Source: a virus
Reading direction: 5' to 3' (one strand)
Length of the DNA stretch: 64,000 nucleotides
IMG/VR virus record: IMGVR_UViG_3300033571_019687
Location: 1-64,000 of that record
Under the pieces are notes generated by a model. That model searched no databases. It saw only the letters and a program-made list of their open reading frames with translations, and was not told the DNA's origin. Positions 1 to 10,315 of the stretch are shown in pieces. The translations under genes and the position numbers were made by a program. Every line of letters begins with the position of its first letter. The stretch's first letter is position 1.

Positions 1-324
1 GCAAGAGGTGGTCAATCATGGCATAATTATGGTGCTGCTATTGATATAGTATTACTTGTTGATAGAGATAGAAATGGTACATTTGAAGCCGCATCATGGG
101 AATCTAATGTAGATTTTGATGGTGATGGTATTGCTGATTGGGTAGAAGTTGTTAGAATTTTCAAAAAGTATGGTTGGTCATGGGGTGGTGATTGGAAAGG
201 TAATTTGGTAGATTTACCACACTTTGAAAAAACCAGTGGATTAAGAATATCAGATGCTTTAATTAGATATAATGACCCTAAACAGTCTTTTACAGAAAAC
301 GGTGTTAAATATATTAGATTTTAA
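1..324 (+). CDS. M15-family peptidase, probable endolysin (3' part; not in ORF track)
   Basis: Frame 1 reads SWHNYGAAIDIV...WGGDWKGNLVDLPHF to TAA at 322-324; SxH...D and final H are M15 Zn-ligand motifs. Confidence 0.85.
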   Translation, partial: ARGGQSWHNYGAAIDIVLLVDRDRNGTFEAASWESNVDFDGDGIADWVEVVRIFKKYGWSWGGDWKGNLVDLPHFEKTSGLRISDALIRYNDPKQSFTENGVKYIRF

Positions 325-355
325 TAAATAAGGCCTCAAATTGAGGCCTTATTTA
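325..355. terminator. Bidirectional intrinsic terminator
   Basis: Perfect 15-bp inverted repeat taaataaggcctcaa/ttgaggccttattta between convergent genes. Confidence 0.85.
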
Positions 356-356
356 T

Positions 357-3300
357 TTAGATAGTAAATGATTCTTCTAAGAAAGGTAAATCAAATATTA
401 CATCGTCTTTACCCCAAATATCCGGATTATAGTTATACGGTTTCCAAAACTCAATTTCTCGATCTTCTGGTGTAAATACATCTCTTATTATATCATCTTG
501 ATCTTTTTCACTTAGTGGTTGTCCACTAACTAATTCAAGTTCACTCCTTAGCCAAGTGAATTCTTCTACTGGCTTTTTAATTATTATACGATCTCTAACA
601 TCTTTATCAAAAACAGTTAAGAAATTTTCAACTTTTTTGTTTATGGCATCAATGTATTTTGGCACATTAAAGTTAATATTAAAATTCTTATCCTTTGTTA
701 ATACAACTTCGGATGGTACATATTTTGCATTAAAATCACCAGTTGCTTTATCTATTGCTGAATCACCGGCTGATTTTGTTTTTCCGGTATTAATATAATA
801 GATATAATCACCTTTATTAACTTTTAACCCATGTTTAATAATAAGTTCCATGTGAATTTGCATTGGTAAAGGTTGACCATTTTTATTTGTGCCTCTATTC
901 AAATACTCATCAACAGTACACTTAACTTTAGATTTATTAATAATTTTGTAAATCGGTATTGATCTATCAGTTATCATCTTTATGTAATCATAATAATACT
1001 TTACAAACCCATAACCATCACCAGCCAATAAATACTTTAATGATGTATCAACAAACTCTTTTTCAAATTCGGATGCCTTTCTGTTTTTAATACTAGCACC
1101 TGTTTTAGTTATTTTACCTTCGTGAGTCATTAATGCATAATTTTTCCTAGCAAAGTTAATACCAACAGGCCACGTTTTTTCCAATGCAAGCCCCATTTGT
1201 TTTCTCATTGCAATATCATTATATTCGGCAACTCTGGCTTCATAACCAACATACTCTTTATCTTTTTCAACAAGATAGTTTAAACCTTTGCCGATATATC
1301 TATATTCTTTATCTTCTTCTGGACAAGAAAAGTTAACACCATCAGTATCCATCAAAACAGGTTTATAACCATGTTTCATAAAGAAATGCAACATTGATCT
1401 AAGATACTGTCTACCACTTGTTGTTGTTAACTCACTTTGTTTAATATCGGCCCAGTAGAACACATCCGGTGCTGACATACCCCCAAAGAAAGAGTTAATA
1501 AGAATTTTAATAGGTAATTGTAATGCATCATAAAAGGCTGCCATTGCATAATCACCTTCTTTTTTATACTTCTTAGAAAGATTTTTAGCCACAAACCTTT
1601 CTGAGTGAAAATACCCTAATGCTGATTTTAGAATACCTGATATGTCAACATCCGGGAATAAATCTAACAATAATTCTAATGATGGATAAAGAGATGCAAA
1701 GTCACATTTCATAATGTTCTTAACATATCCAACAAGTGTTAATCTTGATAATCCACCAATTAGCGTTCTCTTTTCTGTTTTAAGTGGTATAGGCAATTTA
1801 TTTTCATAAGACCATGCAATCATAATCTTATTCCATAATGAAGCATTACCACTAACAGCACCTTGTTCTAATGTAATAGGAACAAGTTTTGCAATCATGA
1901 ATGCCGGTTGATTATAGATATTATCTATTTTAAGTGTTTCATCCACGTCATTAAGCAAATACCGTTTAATGATATATTCACCACTTACTCTTGACATACT
2001 ATCATCAGCATAATTATATAACTTACGATAACAATCGTTTAAGTATTTTGCTATTTTACTATCTTCTTTAACTAATTCTAAATCTAATTTACCACTATCT
2101 TTATACTCCTCAAATGCGGGGTTAACTAATAACTGGTTAACAAGTTTTTTATCATTTTGGTATTTATCTTTATCTAAAGATAATCCATCAATACAATCTG
2201 TAATACTTTTTTGAGTTTGAGTTAAATTAACTACGGGTTTATTTTTAAAGTAAAGACCGATACTTTCATTAAAGTAATAAGGTTCTTTACTATTCTCTAT
2301 TTCAGTAATACTATCACCCTTTCTTATATAAACCCTATCTTTACCTGCAACACCATTATATTCTGCCAAATACTTCAAACTATAACTTTCGAGTTCTGAG
2401 TTAATGGCCATTGCACGTCTACCAGCGATGGCAGTATCAACAATACTATATCCATCACAAACTAACTGTTTATAACTCTCAGTTTCACCACCTAATTTTA
2501 ATGTTTTATTAGCAAAATATGCTCTGCTATTAGAACCTGTAGGTGGTACTAACACATCAGATATAGTAAATCCTTCATTTTTTAATCTTTCATCTATAAA
2601 TGGATAATCAAAAGAAAAACCATTATGAGTAATAATAACAGCAGGTTTAATTTCATGTATTTTTCTAAATGCATCTTGTATTAGATTTAATTCACTACCC
2701 GACTCTTTAATATTAAAGAGGTGTTCTTCACCAAAAGTTGTTTTAATACCTATGGATTCAATACTAGAAAACTTAGGATCTAAACCGGTTGTTTCAATAT
2801 CAAGAGATAACTTATTCAATTTATCATAAGTCATACCTTTAAATAATCTTTTACCGGTTGCAATAAGATATTGTTCTTGTGCTGATGGTAATACGAAAAA
2901 ATCTTGAATTTTATGTATTTTATCTGTTAACTTTCTACCACATGCGTCTGAAAACCCTTTAAGTGCTTCGTCTGATGCTAACTTATATGAAGTTAATACA
3001 TATTTACCTCTGAAATCATTGACTTCTTTTACATCTATTTTAAAATCTTCAAGTATTTTTTGGAATGCTCTTCTTTTACGTTTATCTTCAATCTGATCTT
3101 GTAATTTTATATAGTTATCATGTAGTTCATCTATATAACTCATATCATCAAAAAAAACTAAAGCTCTTTTCGAATACGGGTCTATTCCACCATCATTGAA
3201 AAATTTGACCATGTTGTTAAAACCGCTTTTACATGTTAAAAAGTAGTTGTAACCATTTCTATAACGTTCGTTATCAGAATCTATGCTTATGTTTTCAATG

Positions 3301-3596
3301 GTAATACCAAGTCTGTCCATTTCAGACTTAATTCTTGGACTACTTTGATTATAAAAATTAAACAGCTTTTTTAATAACTGTAAATCTTGCATCCACATGA
3401 ATGACGTAAATCTATCATATTCATGTGTTAATTTACCATTTTCGTCTTGTTTATATTTTATGATACGATTATTTCTTTTATCATAAACAACATTGACTAT
3501 GCGTTCTTCCGGGTCATGGCCCTCAATAAAAGTTTTAAATGCGAGTTTTTTGTCCTCGGCAGACATGTTTTTTAATTTTTCTACGTAACTGATCAT
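357..3596 (-). CDS. Family B DNA polymerase with 3'-5' exonuclease
   Basis: ExoI LDIETTG, ExoII HNGFSFD, region A DFASLYPS, region B KILINSFFG, region C DTDG. Confidence 0.95.
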   Translation of the reverse strand: MISYVEKLKNMSAEDKKLAFKTFIEGHDPEERIVNVVYDKRNNRIIKYKQDENGKLTHEYDRFTSFMWMQDLQLLKKLFNFYNQSSPRIKSEMDRLGITIENISIDSDNERYRNGYNYFLTCKSGFNNMVKFFNDGGIDPYSKRALVFFDDMSYIDELHDNYIKLQDQIEDKRKRRAFQKILEDFKIDVKEVNDFRGKYVLTSYKLASDEALKGFSDACGRKLTDKIHKIQDFFVLPSAQEQYLIATGKRLFKGMTYDKLNKLSLDIETTGLDPKFSSIESIGIKTTFGEEHLFNIKESGSELNLIQDAFRKIHEIKPAVIITHNGFSFDYPFIDERLKNEGFTISDVLVPPTGSNSRAYFANKTLKLGGETESYKQLVCDGYSIVDTAIAGRRAMAINSELESYSLKYLAEYNGVAGKDRVYIRKGDSITEIENSKEPYYFNESIGLYFKNKPVVNLTQTQKSITDCIDGLSLDKDKYQNDKKLVNQLLVNPAFEEYKDSGKLDLELVKEDSKIAKYLNDCYRKLYNYADDSMSRVSGEYIIKRYLLNDVDETLKIDNIYNQPAFMIAKLVPITLEQGAVSGNASLWNKIMIAWSYENKLPIPLKTEKRTLIGGLSRLTLVGYVKNIMKCDFASLYPSLELLLDLFPDVDISGILKSALGYFHSERFVAKNLSKKYKKEGDYAMAAFYDALQLPIKILINSFFGGMSAPDVFYWADIKQSELTTTSGRQYLRSMLHFFMKHGYKPVLMDTDGVNFSCPEEDKEYRYIGKGLNYLVEKDKEYVGYEARVAEYNDIAMRKQMGLALEKTWPVGINFARKNYALMTHEGKITKTGASIKNRKASEFEKEFVDTSLKYLLAGDGYGFVKYYYDYIKMITDRSIPIYKIINKSKVKCTVDEYLNRGTNKNGQPLPMQIHMELIIKHGLKVNKGDYIYYINTGKTKSAGDSAIDKATGDFNAKYVPSEVVLTKDKNFNINFNVPKYIDAINKKVENFLTVFDKDVRDRIIIKKPVEEFTWLRSELELVSGQPLSEKDQDDIIRDVFTPEDREIEFWKPYNYNPDIWGKDDVIFDLPFLEESFTI

Positions 3597-3613
3597 TTTA
3601 AACGAAATAGTGA

Positions 3614-4027
3614 TTAGACTTGTTGAACATCTACACGTATGAAAGAATCGAGAATATGAATTTCTAAAGGTTCATGAATAGGCATAATAAGCTTACCGAC
3701 TAAATCTACTTCACCATTAAAATCAAAAAAAGTTATATTAAATTCACCATAAAATACACCCGGAGTATCAGTATCTTCTTCTCTGAACCTATAAGTAATA
3801 AAATAATCTATTTCTATTGGTTCAGCATCACCATCACATGTGTTAACTAACTGAATATCTGCTTCTGCATTGGCTATTTTATATATACCCTTTTTTGATT
3901 TCATTGAAAATGTTATTTGTGCATTTTCAATAAGTGACTCAAATTTTTTATAATCGTACCTTGTATCCCTAATCAATTTCATTTTAAGGGTTGGTAAAGT
4001 CGCATTTTGTTTAATATAAAATACCAT
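3614..4027 (-). CDS. BppU N-terminal-like virion/baseplate protein
   Basis: FYIKQNATLPTL...DTDTPGVFYGEFNITF resembles BppU_N-type beta-sandwich domains; CTATTTA upstream. Confidence 0.55.
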   Translation of the reverse strand: MVFYIKQNATLPTLKMKLIRDTRYDYKKFESLIENAQITFSMKSKKGIYKIANAEADIQLVNTCDGDAEPIEIDYFITYRFREEDTDTPGVFYGEFNITFFDFNGEVDLVGKLIMPIHEPLEIHILDSFIRVDVQQV

Positions 4028-4045
4028 TTTTATAGTCGTTTATAT

Positions 4046-4052
4046 TAAATAG
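4046..4052 (-). promoter_or_regulatory. CTATTTA putative late promoter
   Basis: 18 nt upstream of ATG 4027. Confidence 0.6.
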
Positions 4053-4055
4053 ATG

Positions 4056-5438
4056 TTACTCCCAAACCATGAAATGAAGTGTGTGTTTAGGTCTAGTTGA
4101 AGCAACATAATGAACATTTCGGGACTCAATGTCAATATCATCTGTTTCTTTATCTATGAAAGAATAATCATAAATATCATATCCAGAATCATAACATAGA
4201 CCCGGTTCAATAGAATTAACAACTACAACATTATCAAATTCTCTACCTTTACTTTTGTGAATAGATGTAACAAAATTATTTAAGTTTTGATTTTTATATA
4301 TAAAATTCAACATTTCTGATGTTGAGGAAAATCCAGTAACACGGCGTAATTTCTTTTGGATACGTTCATTAATTTGGTTTTGTGACATTAATGTTAATTC
4401 CTCCTGAGTGAAATAATTAAAATATTTAAGAGGTATCTTATTGTTTAATGCCCATAGTTCAATATCTTTAATAACTCGATTTGTTCTCGCAAGAACTGTT
4501 GTACCTTCACTCATTAGTAGCTCCTTCAAATCGTTTTTCGCAATTAAACTATTATGAACATAACCAGAATTTTTAGATTGTGGTTTAGCAAATAAAGTGG
4601 AAAAATTATTGGCATAACTAACAATACTAGTATCTGATCTAAAGTTAATAGATAAAGTCATGTGTATTGTATTTTTAGCGTTTGTTAATAATGATTTAAC
4701 TAACGCACAGTTAGCACCAGAAAATCCATAAATTGATTGACACTCATCTCCTGTCAGATAATATTGATTAGCATCCATCGCCAATAATATACGCATTTGT
4801 ATTGAAGACGTATCTTGATATTCATCAACAAATACGTGTTCGTATTTTTTGTAAAAATATTTTTTGAAAATAGGTGATGATACGTTATCATAAGTTTCAA
4901 TCAACATATCAGAAAAATCTCTGGCCCTTTTGGTTTTCAAAAACTCACTATATGCTTTAAAAATTTCTGGGTAAGGCATTTTAGCCGCTTTAATACCCTC
5001 ACGCTTTTCAAGTTTATACGCTGAAATTGCGGCAGATATTACAGTTTCATTTTCGTATAAATCTTCAATAAATTTAGCAGTTTCTTCTTTTTGTTCCTTT
5101 GTTATCGCTCTTCGCCATAATATCGTAACATAATCTCTCAAAAAATCATTAAAAGTACATATTGCCTTATTTTTACCCATTTTTGCTAAAGCATGTTGGG
5201 TAAAGGAGTGTATTGTTGTAATTTTAATACCAGTATCATAACCGATACGAGTTTTAAGTTCATTTACAGCATCATTTGTAAATGAAAAGAATATAATGCT
5301 TTCCGGATTTACTCCACGTTCTAATAATGTTTTAAGTCTATTAACACAAGAAAATGTTTTACCACTACCAGCAGTAGCATCTAATATAACTGAGTCTACG
5401 CCTGAATATTCTATAAACTGTTTCTGTTCTTGAGTCAT
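4056..5438 (-). CDS. uvrD: Compact UvrD/Rep-like SF1 helicase
   Basis: AGSGKT, VDEYQD, GDECQSIYGF, SIHKSKGREF, YVASTR. Confidence 0.9.
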   Translation of the reverse strand: MTQEQKQFIEYSGVDSVILDATAGSGKTFSCVNRLKTLLERGVNPESIIFFSFTNDAVNELKTRIGYDTGIKITTIHSFTQHALAKMGKNKAICTFNDFLRDYVTILWRRAITKEQKEETAKFIEDLYENETVISAAISAYKLEKREGIKAAKMPYPEIFKAYSEFLKTKRARDFSDMLIETYDNVSSPIFKKYFYKKYEHVFVDEYQDTSSIQMRILLAMDANQYYLTGDECQSIYGFSGANCALVKSLLTNAKNTIHMTLSINFRSDTSIVSYANNFSTLFAKPQSKNSGYVHNSLIAKNDLKELLMSEGTTVLARTNRVIKDIELWALNNKIPLKYFNYFTQEELTLMSQNQINERIQKKLRRVTGFSSTSEMLNFIYKNQNLNNFVTSIHKSKGREFDNVVVVNSIEPGLCYDSGYDIYDYSFIDKETDDIDIESRNVHYVASTRPKHTLHFMVWE

Positions 5439-5466
5439 CTTAAAGAGAGGTATTATGTGTACTATG

Positions 5467-5498
5467 CAAATATAGTCATAAATTACGAGATAACCAAA
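5467..5498 (-). promoter_or_regulatory. Bacteroidota-type host promoter TTTG-N20-TATATTTG
   Basis: Exact -33/-7 consensus and spacing, 28 nt upstream of the uvrD ATG. Confidence 0.75.
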
Positions 5499-5515
5499 TC
5501 CTGACGTATTTATTA

Positions 5516-5522
5516 CTATTTA
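5516..5522 (+). promoter_or_regulatory. CTATTTA putative late promoter
   Basis: 21 nt upstream of ATG 5544. Confidence 0.6.
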
Positions 5523-5543
5523 TATTCATAAACAGACTATAAC

Positions 5544-6578
5544 ATGGCGAAAAAACTAATAATTACAGAGCAGCAAGCATTAAGACTGCAAGAAATGTTA
5601 CAAAAGAAAACTATTAAAGAAAATCCTAATTTAAAAGATATCTACAACAATACCTTAGCTGGTATGAAATCTGGTGGTTCTACACAAACTAATACTAAAG
5701 TTAATAGTAGTACACCTAATAGTAGTATACCTAATAGTTTCTCACAAACACCTACTAAAGTTAATAGTACACCCAATAATTCTCAACAAAAAATTGTAGC
5801 AAATAATACGGGAGCAAAAATCGAAAAAACATTTATACCGAACCATACAGGTAAGATATATATGTCTCAGTTAATAGATGATGCAGTTAGCAACGTATAC
5901 TTATTTAAGATAATCTATAATGAAGGTAGTGATACAGCCGTACTTACATTAAATTCTGATAAATCAATTACGAATACTAATGGTGAAGTAAGGCAGTATG
6001 ATATATTTAATGATGTAGAATACTTTCCTAACTTTGTAGATGTTGAAAAAACAGATGGTTCTGGTTTTAGAGTAACTCAAGTAGGTCAAATGCAATTAAA
6101 TGATGATCAATGGGTTGTTACAAAACCTATTAAATTGGCTTTAGGGTTTAGAAGTAATATTAATGAATCTAAAGAAATAAATCCAAAGAAAAAAGTTTAT
6201 AAACTAACTGAGACGCAATTAAATATGCTTAAAAGTAAGGGTATGTTAAAAGAGGATGATGATCCTTGTTGGGACGGTTATAAACAATATGGTACTAAAG
6301 ATAAAGACGGTAAAGAAGTTCCAAACTGTGTACCAATTAATGAAGAGGAATCTTTTTTAGATTCTTTACCAAAATCAAAATCAGATGAAATGATTATTGA
6401 TACAGATGAAAAATTCGTTTTAACAATTAAAAAAGATCCAGTCAACTTTGATTTAATAGAAAGAATTAAAAATCTTATTGATGAGCATAACGACTGGTAT
6501 GAAAAAGAGGCAGATAGTAGATTAGCATCGGAAAAAGATGAACAGCATTTTAACCCTATGTTTGAAAATAAAAAATAA
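5544..6578 (+). CDS. Putative internal head protein, modular
   Basis: Leader KKLIITE-QQ, internal KKVYKLTE-TQL, PCWDGY...PNCVP motif, domain shared with ORF 14363. Confidence 0.55.
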   Translation: MAKKLIITEQQALRLQEMLQKKTIKENPNLKDIYNNTLAGMKSGGSTQTNTKVNSSTPNSSIPNSFSQTPTKVNSTPNNSQQKIVANNTGAKIEKTFIPNHTGKIYMSQLIDDAVSNVYLFKIIYNEGSDTAVLTLNSDKSITNTNGEVRQYDIFNDVEYFPNFVDVEKTDGSGFRVTQVGQMQLNDDQWVVTKPIKLALGFRSNINESKEINPKKKVYKLTETQLNMLKSKGMLKEDDDPCWDGYKQYGTKDKDGKEVPNCVPINEEESFLDSLPKSKSDEMIIDTDEKFVLTIKKDPVNFDLIERIKNLIDEHNDWYEKEADSRLASEKDEQHFNPMFENKK

Positions 6579-6612
6579 AAAAAAAGAGGACTTTAAAGTC
6601 CTCTTTTTTTTT
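6579..6612. terminator. Bidirectional terminator
   Basis: A-run gaggacttt/aaagtcctc T-run between convergent genes. Confidence 0.85.
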
Positions 6613-9013
6613 ATTCGGTAATAACCAATAGCTCACCGTTTTCAATATAAATCTTAAAAAATGCATCATATCCACCTTGTTTTATTATTGCATCAGATAG
6701 TTTATTTTCTACTTCAAATTCTATCACACGTTTAACCTCTCTTGCACCATATTTACTAACATCTGATTTACTTAATATATAATCTAATACTTCCGGTTCG
6801 TATCCTACCTCAATATTATTGACTCTTATCTCATCAATCAGATCAATCATTTCTTTCTTAATAATGGCTTTAATGGTATCATCATTAAGATCTTTTAAGA
6901 ATATCATCTCATTTACTCTATTAATGAATTCTGGTTTAAAGTATTTATTAATCTCATCTTTAATTATATTCTCTTTATAATCTTTTTGAGTGGTAAATCC
7001 TACAGGTTTATAATCTATACTTTTTTTAACCCCTATATTAGATGTACAGATAATTATAGTGTTTTTGAAATCTACTTTAACCCCGCTCGCATCAGTAGCA
7101 TAACCTTCATCAAAAATATTCATAAATATATCAAATACAGATGGATGAGCCTTTTCTATTTCATCTAATAATATAACACTATATGGTTTATTTTTTACAC
7201 TATTTGTTAATTGACCACCTTCATCGTAACCAATATATCCGGGAGGTGACCCTAATAACCTTGATGCATCATGTTTTTCTTTATATTCATTCATATCAAG
7301 TCTAATTAATGAGGAATCTGATCCATAAACCTCTTTAGCAACTGTTTTAGCGATAAGTGTTTTACCTACACCAGTACTACCAATTAATGCTATTACAGTT
7401 GGTTTACCATGCCTTTTAACACCAACTTTACTTCTTTTAATTGCATAAGATATTTTTTTTACAGCATCTGCTTGACCAATAATAATTGAATTTAAATTAG
7501 TTTCTAAATCTTCTAATACCTTAAACTCATTATTATCAACTCGATTTAAAGGAATACCGGTCATTGATGAAACTACATGTCTTATGGTATCCGGATTAAC
7601 TGGTATTATATTTGTTTTTCTATCATTATCGTATTTTAATCTTGCCTCTTTAAGTTGTTGTTCAACTTTTTGTTCTTCTTGTTTTAATTCCGCAGCGACT
7701 TCATATCTTTGTTCAATAACAACATTTTGTTTTTCTTGTCTAATCACTTCCAGTTCCTTTTCTAATTGTAATATATCTTTTGGTAAATCTATTGTCATTT
7801 GAGTTTTTGACCCAGCTTCGTCCATAATATCTATTGCTTTATCAGGGAATGCTCTATTGGTTATGTATTTATCAGCCAAATTAAGTATTTCCTCTATCAC
7901 ATCATCAGTATAACGAACTCTATGATGTAATTCATAAATATACTTAATACCATTAAGAATATCTCTAGTTTCATTTTTTGAAGGTTCCTTAACTATTATT
8001 TTCTGAAACCTCCTAGATAATGCCGAATCTTTTTCTATTACTCTAAACTCACTATTTGTCGTTGCTCCTATACATTGTATATCACCACGAGATAATGCTG
8101 GTTTAAGCAAATTTGCCAAATCGCTTGCACCATGACCACCGCCTGCACCAACAATTGTGTGCATTTCATCAATAAACAATACAATGTTGCGGTCTTTTCT
8201 ACAAATATCAATAATGGTTTTTATCTTCTCCTCAAATTGCCCTCTAATACCCGTTCCAGCCACGAGATTGGTTAAACTTAATTCATATACCTTTTTATTA
8301 AGCAACTGCGCTGGTGCGGTTTTATTTGCTATTCTGAGGGCTAATCCTTCTATGATCATAGTCTTACCACTACCAGCCGGCCCAACTAATGCCGCACAGT
8401 TTTTTTTCTTCCTTAATAATATTTGACATATTTGGTTTATCTCATCATCTCTACCAATTAAATCATCTATTCTACCTTCTCTAGCTTTTTGAACCAAATC
8501 AATAAAATATTCTTGATTAGAACTTTCCTCATTTTTTAATTCAACTTTTTGTTGTTGAGATCTGGTTTTTCTAACTGTTTTTTCCTCTTTTTCTTCAACT
8601 ACTTTATTGGATGGGTTAAATTTATTTAAAACTTCCGGTGTTACGTTATGAGGTGCTAACACTCTATATAATTTAGTACCTTTTCTTGATAATATATCCA
8701 ACGCAATCTCTTTAACATATCCATAATCGTCTTGGATTTTTGATGAAAATTTATCAAGAATATTCTCTAACACCCTTTCACTTATAGGTCTATTAGTATA
8801 ACTAATGTCCTTATCTAACGTCGATATATACCTTGTTAAATCATTTAACATGTCATCATAAGATTTAACATTATTTCTAAAATGTTTAGAAATTGGATTA
8901 TTATCGGTAAGTAAAGCATATATAAGATGTTCTGTTTTTACTCTACTAGAACTATACTTTACTGCTAAATTTAATGCTTCCTCATATATTTTATCAAAAA
9001 ATTCATTCTTCAT
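6611..9013 (-). CDS. clpC: ClpC-like Hsp100/Clp AAA+ ATPase
   Basis: Two AAA modules (GPAGSGKT, FIDEMH; GSTGVGKT, LLDEIEKAHP), RLDMNEY, GSPPGYIGY, UVR-type coiled coil RYEVAAELK, VGF loop. Confidence 0.9.
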   Translation of the reverse strand: MKNEFFDKIYEEALNLAVKYSSSRVKTEHLIYALLTDNNPISKHFRNNVKSYDDMLNDLTRYISTLDKDISYTNRPISERVLENILDKFSSKIQDDYGYVKEIALDILSRKGTKLYRVLAPHNVTPEVLNKFNPSNKVVEEKEEKTVRKTRSQQQKVELKNEESSNQEYFIDLVQKAREGRIDDLIGRDDEINQICQILLRKKKNCAALVGPAGSGKTMIIEGLALRIANKTAPAQLLNKKVYELSLTNLVAGTGIRGQFEEKIKTIIDICRKDRNIVLFIDEMHTIVGAGGGHGASDLANLLKPALSRGDIQCIGATTNSEFRVIEKDSALSRRFQKIIVKEPSKNETRDILNGIKYIYELHHRVRYTDDVIEEILNLADKYITNRAFPDKAIDIMDEAGSKTQMTIDLPKDILQLEKELEVIRQEKQNVVIEQRYEVAAELKQEEQKVEQQLKEARLKYDNDRKTNIIPVNPDTIRHVVSSMTGIPLNRVDNNEFKVLEDLETNLNSIIIGQADAVKKISYAIKRSKVGVKRHGKPTVIALIGSTGVGKTLIAKTVAKEVYGSDSSLIRLDMNEYKEKHDASRLLGSPPGYIGYDEGGQLTNSVKNKPYSVILLDEIEKAHPSVFDIFMNIFDEGYATDASGVKVDFKNTIIICTSNIGVKKSIDYKPVGFTTQKDYKENIIKDEINKYFKPEFINRVNEMIFLKDLNDDTIKAIIKKEMIDLIDEIRVNNIEVGYEPEVLDYILSKSDVSKYGAREVKRVIEFEVENKLSDAIIKQGGYDAFFKIYIENGELLVITE

Positions 9014-9053
9014 AAGCTACATATTATTATAATATAATTATAACCAAAAAAAT

Positions 9054-9338
9054 TTGGTTTTCCAAAAAAAACATCTTAAATTTATGGTAAAAGATAAAAG
9101 TTTTGAAGGCAAAAAGGTAATCGTCACCTATAACAGTAGTACAATTGATAAGATAGTGTATGATACATCTACTAATATATTAACAGTATATTTTAGTAAA
9201 GGTAATATATATGAATATTATGATGTTCCACATGAAACACTTGTAAAAATTAACGGTGCCGACTCATCTGGTAAAGCTTTTATGACTGAAATAAAACAAT
9301 TTACTTACAAAAAAATAAACAATGATGAAAACGATTGA
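9054..9338 (+). CDS. KTSC-domain protein (start probably ATG 9084)
   Basis: SSTIDKIVYD...LTVYF..G..YEYYDVP...ADSSGKAF. Confidence 0.85.
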   Translation: MVFQKKHLKFMVKDKSFEGKKVIVTYNSSTIDKIVYDTSTNILTVYFSKGNIYEYYDVPHETLVKINGADSSGKAFMTEIKQFTYKKINNDEND

Positions 9339-10251
9339 TGAATCTTACAAAGAGTTATTAAAAACAATCCTTGAAAAAGGGGTAAAAAAATCTGATAGGA
9401 CAGGGACAGGGACAATATCAATGTTTGGGTACCAAATGTCACATAACATGCAAGATGGGTTTCCAATTTTAACAACAAAAAAAGTACATTGGAAAAGTGT
9501 TGTAACTGAATTATTATGGTTTTTACGTGGTGATACGGATGTTAAATTTTTGGTTGACAATAATTGTAATATCTGGAATGGTGATTTATGTAAAAAATAT
9601 AATACCCTTAATGCAATATTAAGACAAGGTTCAGACGTAACTAATGAGGAATTTACCAAAATGTTAAAAGATCCTGAAAAATATGAAGAACTAAAAAAAC
9701 GTGGTTTCACTGACTTGGGTCCTATCTACGGTAAACAATGGAGTAACCAATTTGATGCTATAATCAATGAACTTACTAAAAATCCTGATAGTAGAAGATT
9801 ACTTATTGATTCTTGGACTTACTCAGAACTAGGTACTATGGTTCTTCCTCCATGTCATTATGCATTTCAATTATGGTCTAAATTAAATGATAATGGTCAA
9901 AGAGAGTTATCTTTAATGTTTAATATGAGATCATGGGATGTATTTTTGGGTGGACCATTTAATTTGGCATCTTATGGTTTATTACTTTCAATACTATGTG
10001 AAATGTTGGATATGGTACCCGGTCAATTAATTGTTAATTCTGCTGATACTCATTTATACTTAAATCACTTAGATGCCGTAAATGAATTTTTGTCTACATC
10101 TCATAACTCACAATACCCTAACGTTAAATTTAATAAATCATTAAAAGGGTATAACAGTATAATTGAATTAGCCAATAATTTAGAGCCGGACGATATTGTT
10201 TTAGAAGGTTATAATCCGGTTAAAACAATTAAAGCACCATTATCTAACTAA
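9322..10251 (+). CDS. thyA: Thymidylate synthase
   Basis: DRTGTGT, LPPCH, RSWDVFLGGPFN, DTHLYLNH; Asn at the dUMP-specificity position. Confidence 0.95.
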   Translation: MMKTIDESYKELLKTILEKGVKKSDRTGTGTISMFGYQMSHNMQDGFPILTTKKVHWKSVVTELLWFLRGDTDVKFLVDNNCNIWNGDLCKKYNTLNAILRQGSDVTNEEFTKMLKDPEKYEELKKRGFTDLGPIYGKQWSNQFDAIINELTKNPDSRRLLIDSWTYSELGTMVLPPCHYAFQLWSKLNDNGQRELSLMFNMRSWDVFLGGPFNLASYGLLLSILCEMLDMVPGQLIVNSADTHLYLNHLDAVNEFLSTSHNSQYPNVKFNKSLKGYNSIIELANNLEPDDIVLEGYNPVKTIKAPLSN

Positions 10252-10258
10252 TTAAAAT

Positions 10259-10282
10259 AAAGAGGTTTATACCTCTTTTTTT
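10259..10282 (+). terminator. Intrinsic terminator after thyA
   Basis: aaagaggt-ttat-acctcttt followed by T run. Confidence 0.8.
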
Positions 10283-10285
10283 ATG

Positions 10286-10292
10286 CTATTTA
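10286..10292 (+). promoter_or_regulatory. CTATTTA putative late promoter
   Basis: Just after the thyA terminator, 23 nt upstream of ATG 10316. Confidence 0.65.
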
Positions 10293-10315
10293 CTCTATAT
10301 GGTTAATTTACTAAT

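Noticed and set aside
1960-2235. Possible intein in the PolB exonuclease region (and in the TerL insert)
   Set aside because: No splice-junction residues or LAGLIDADG/HNH motifs, and too short
9322-10251. ThyA as a dCMP hydroxymethylase feeding the glycosyltransferases
   Set aside because: It keeps Asn in PFNLASY (dUMP-type) and other canonical ThyA motifs
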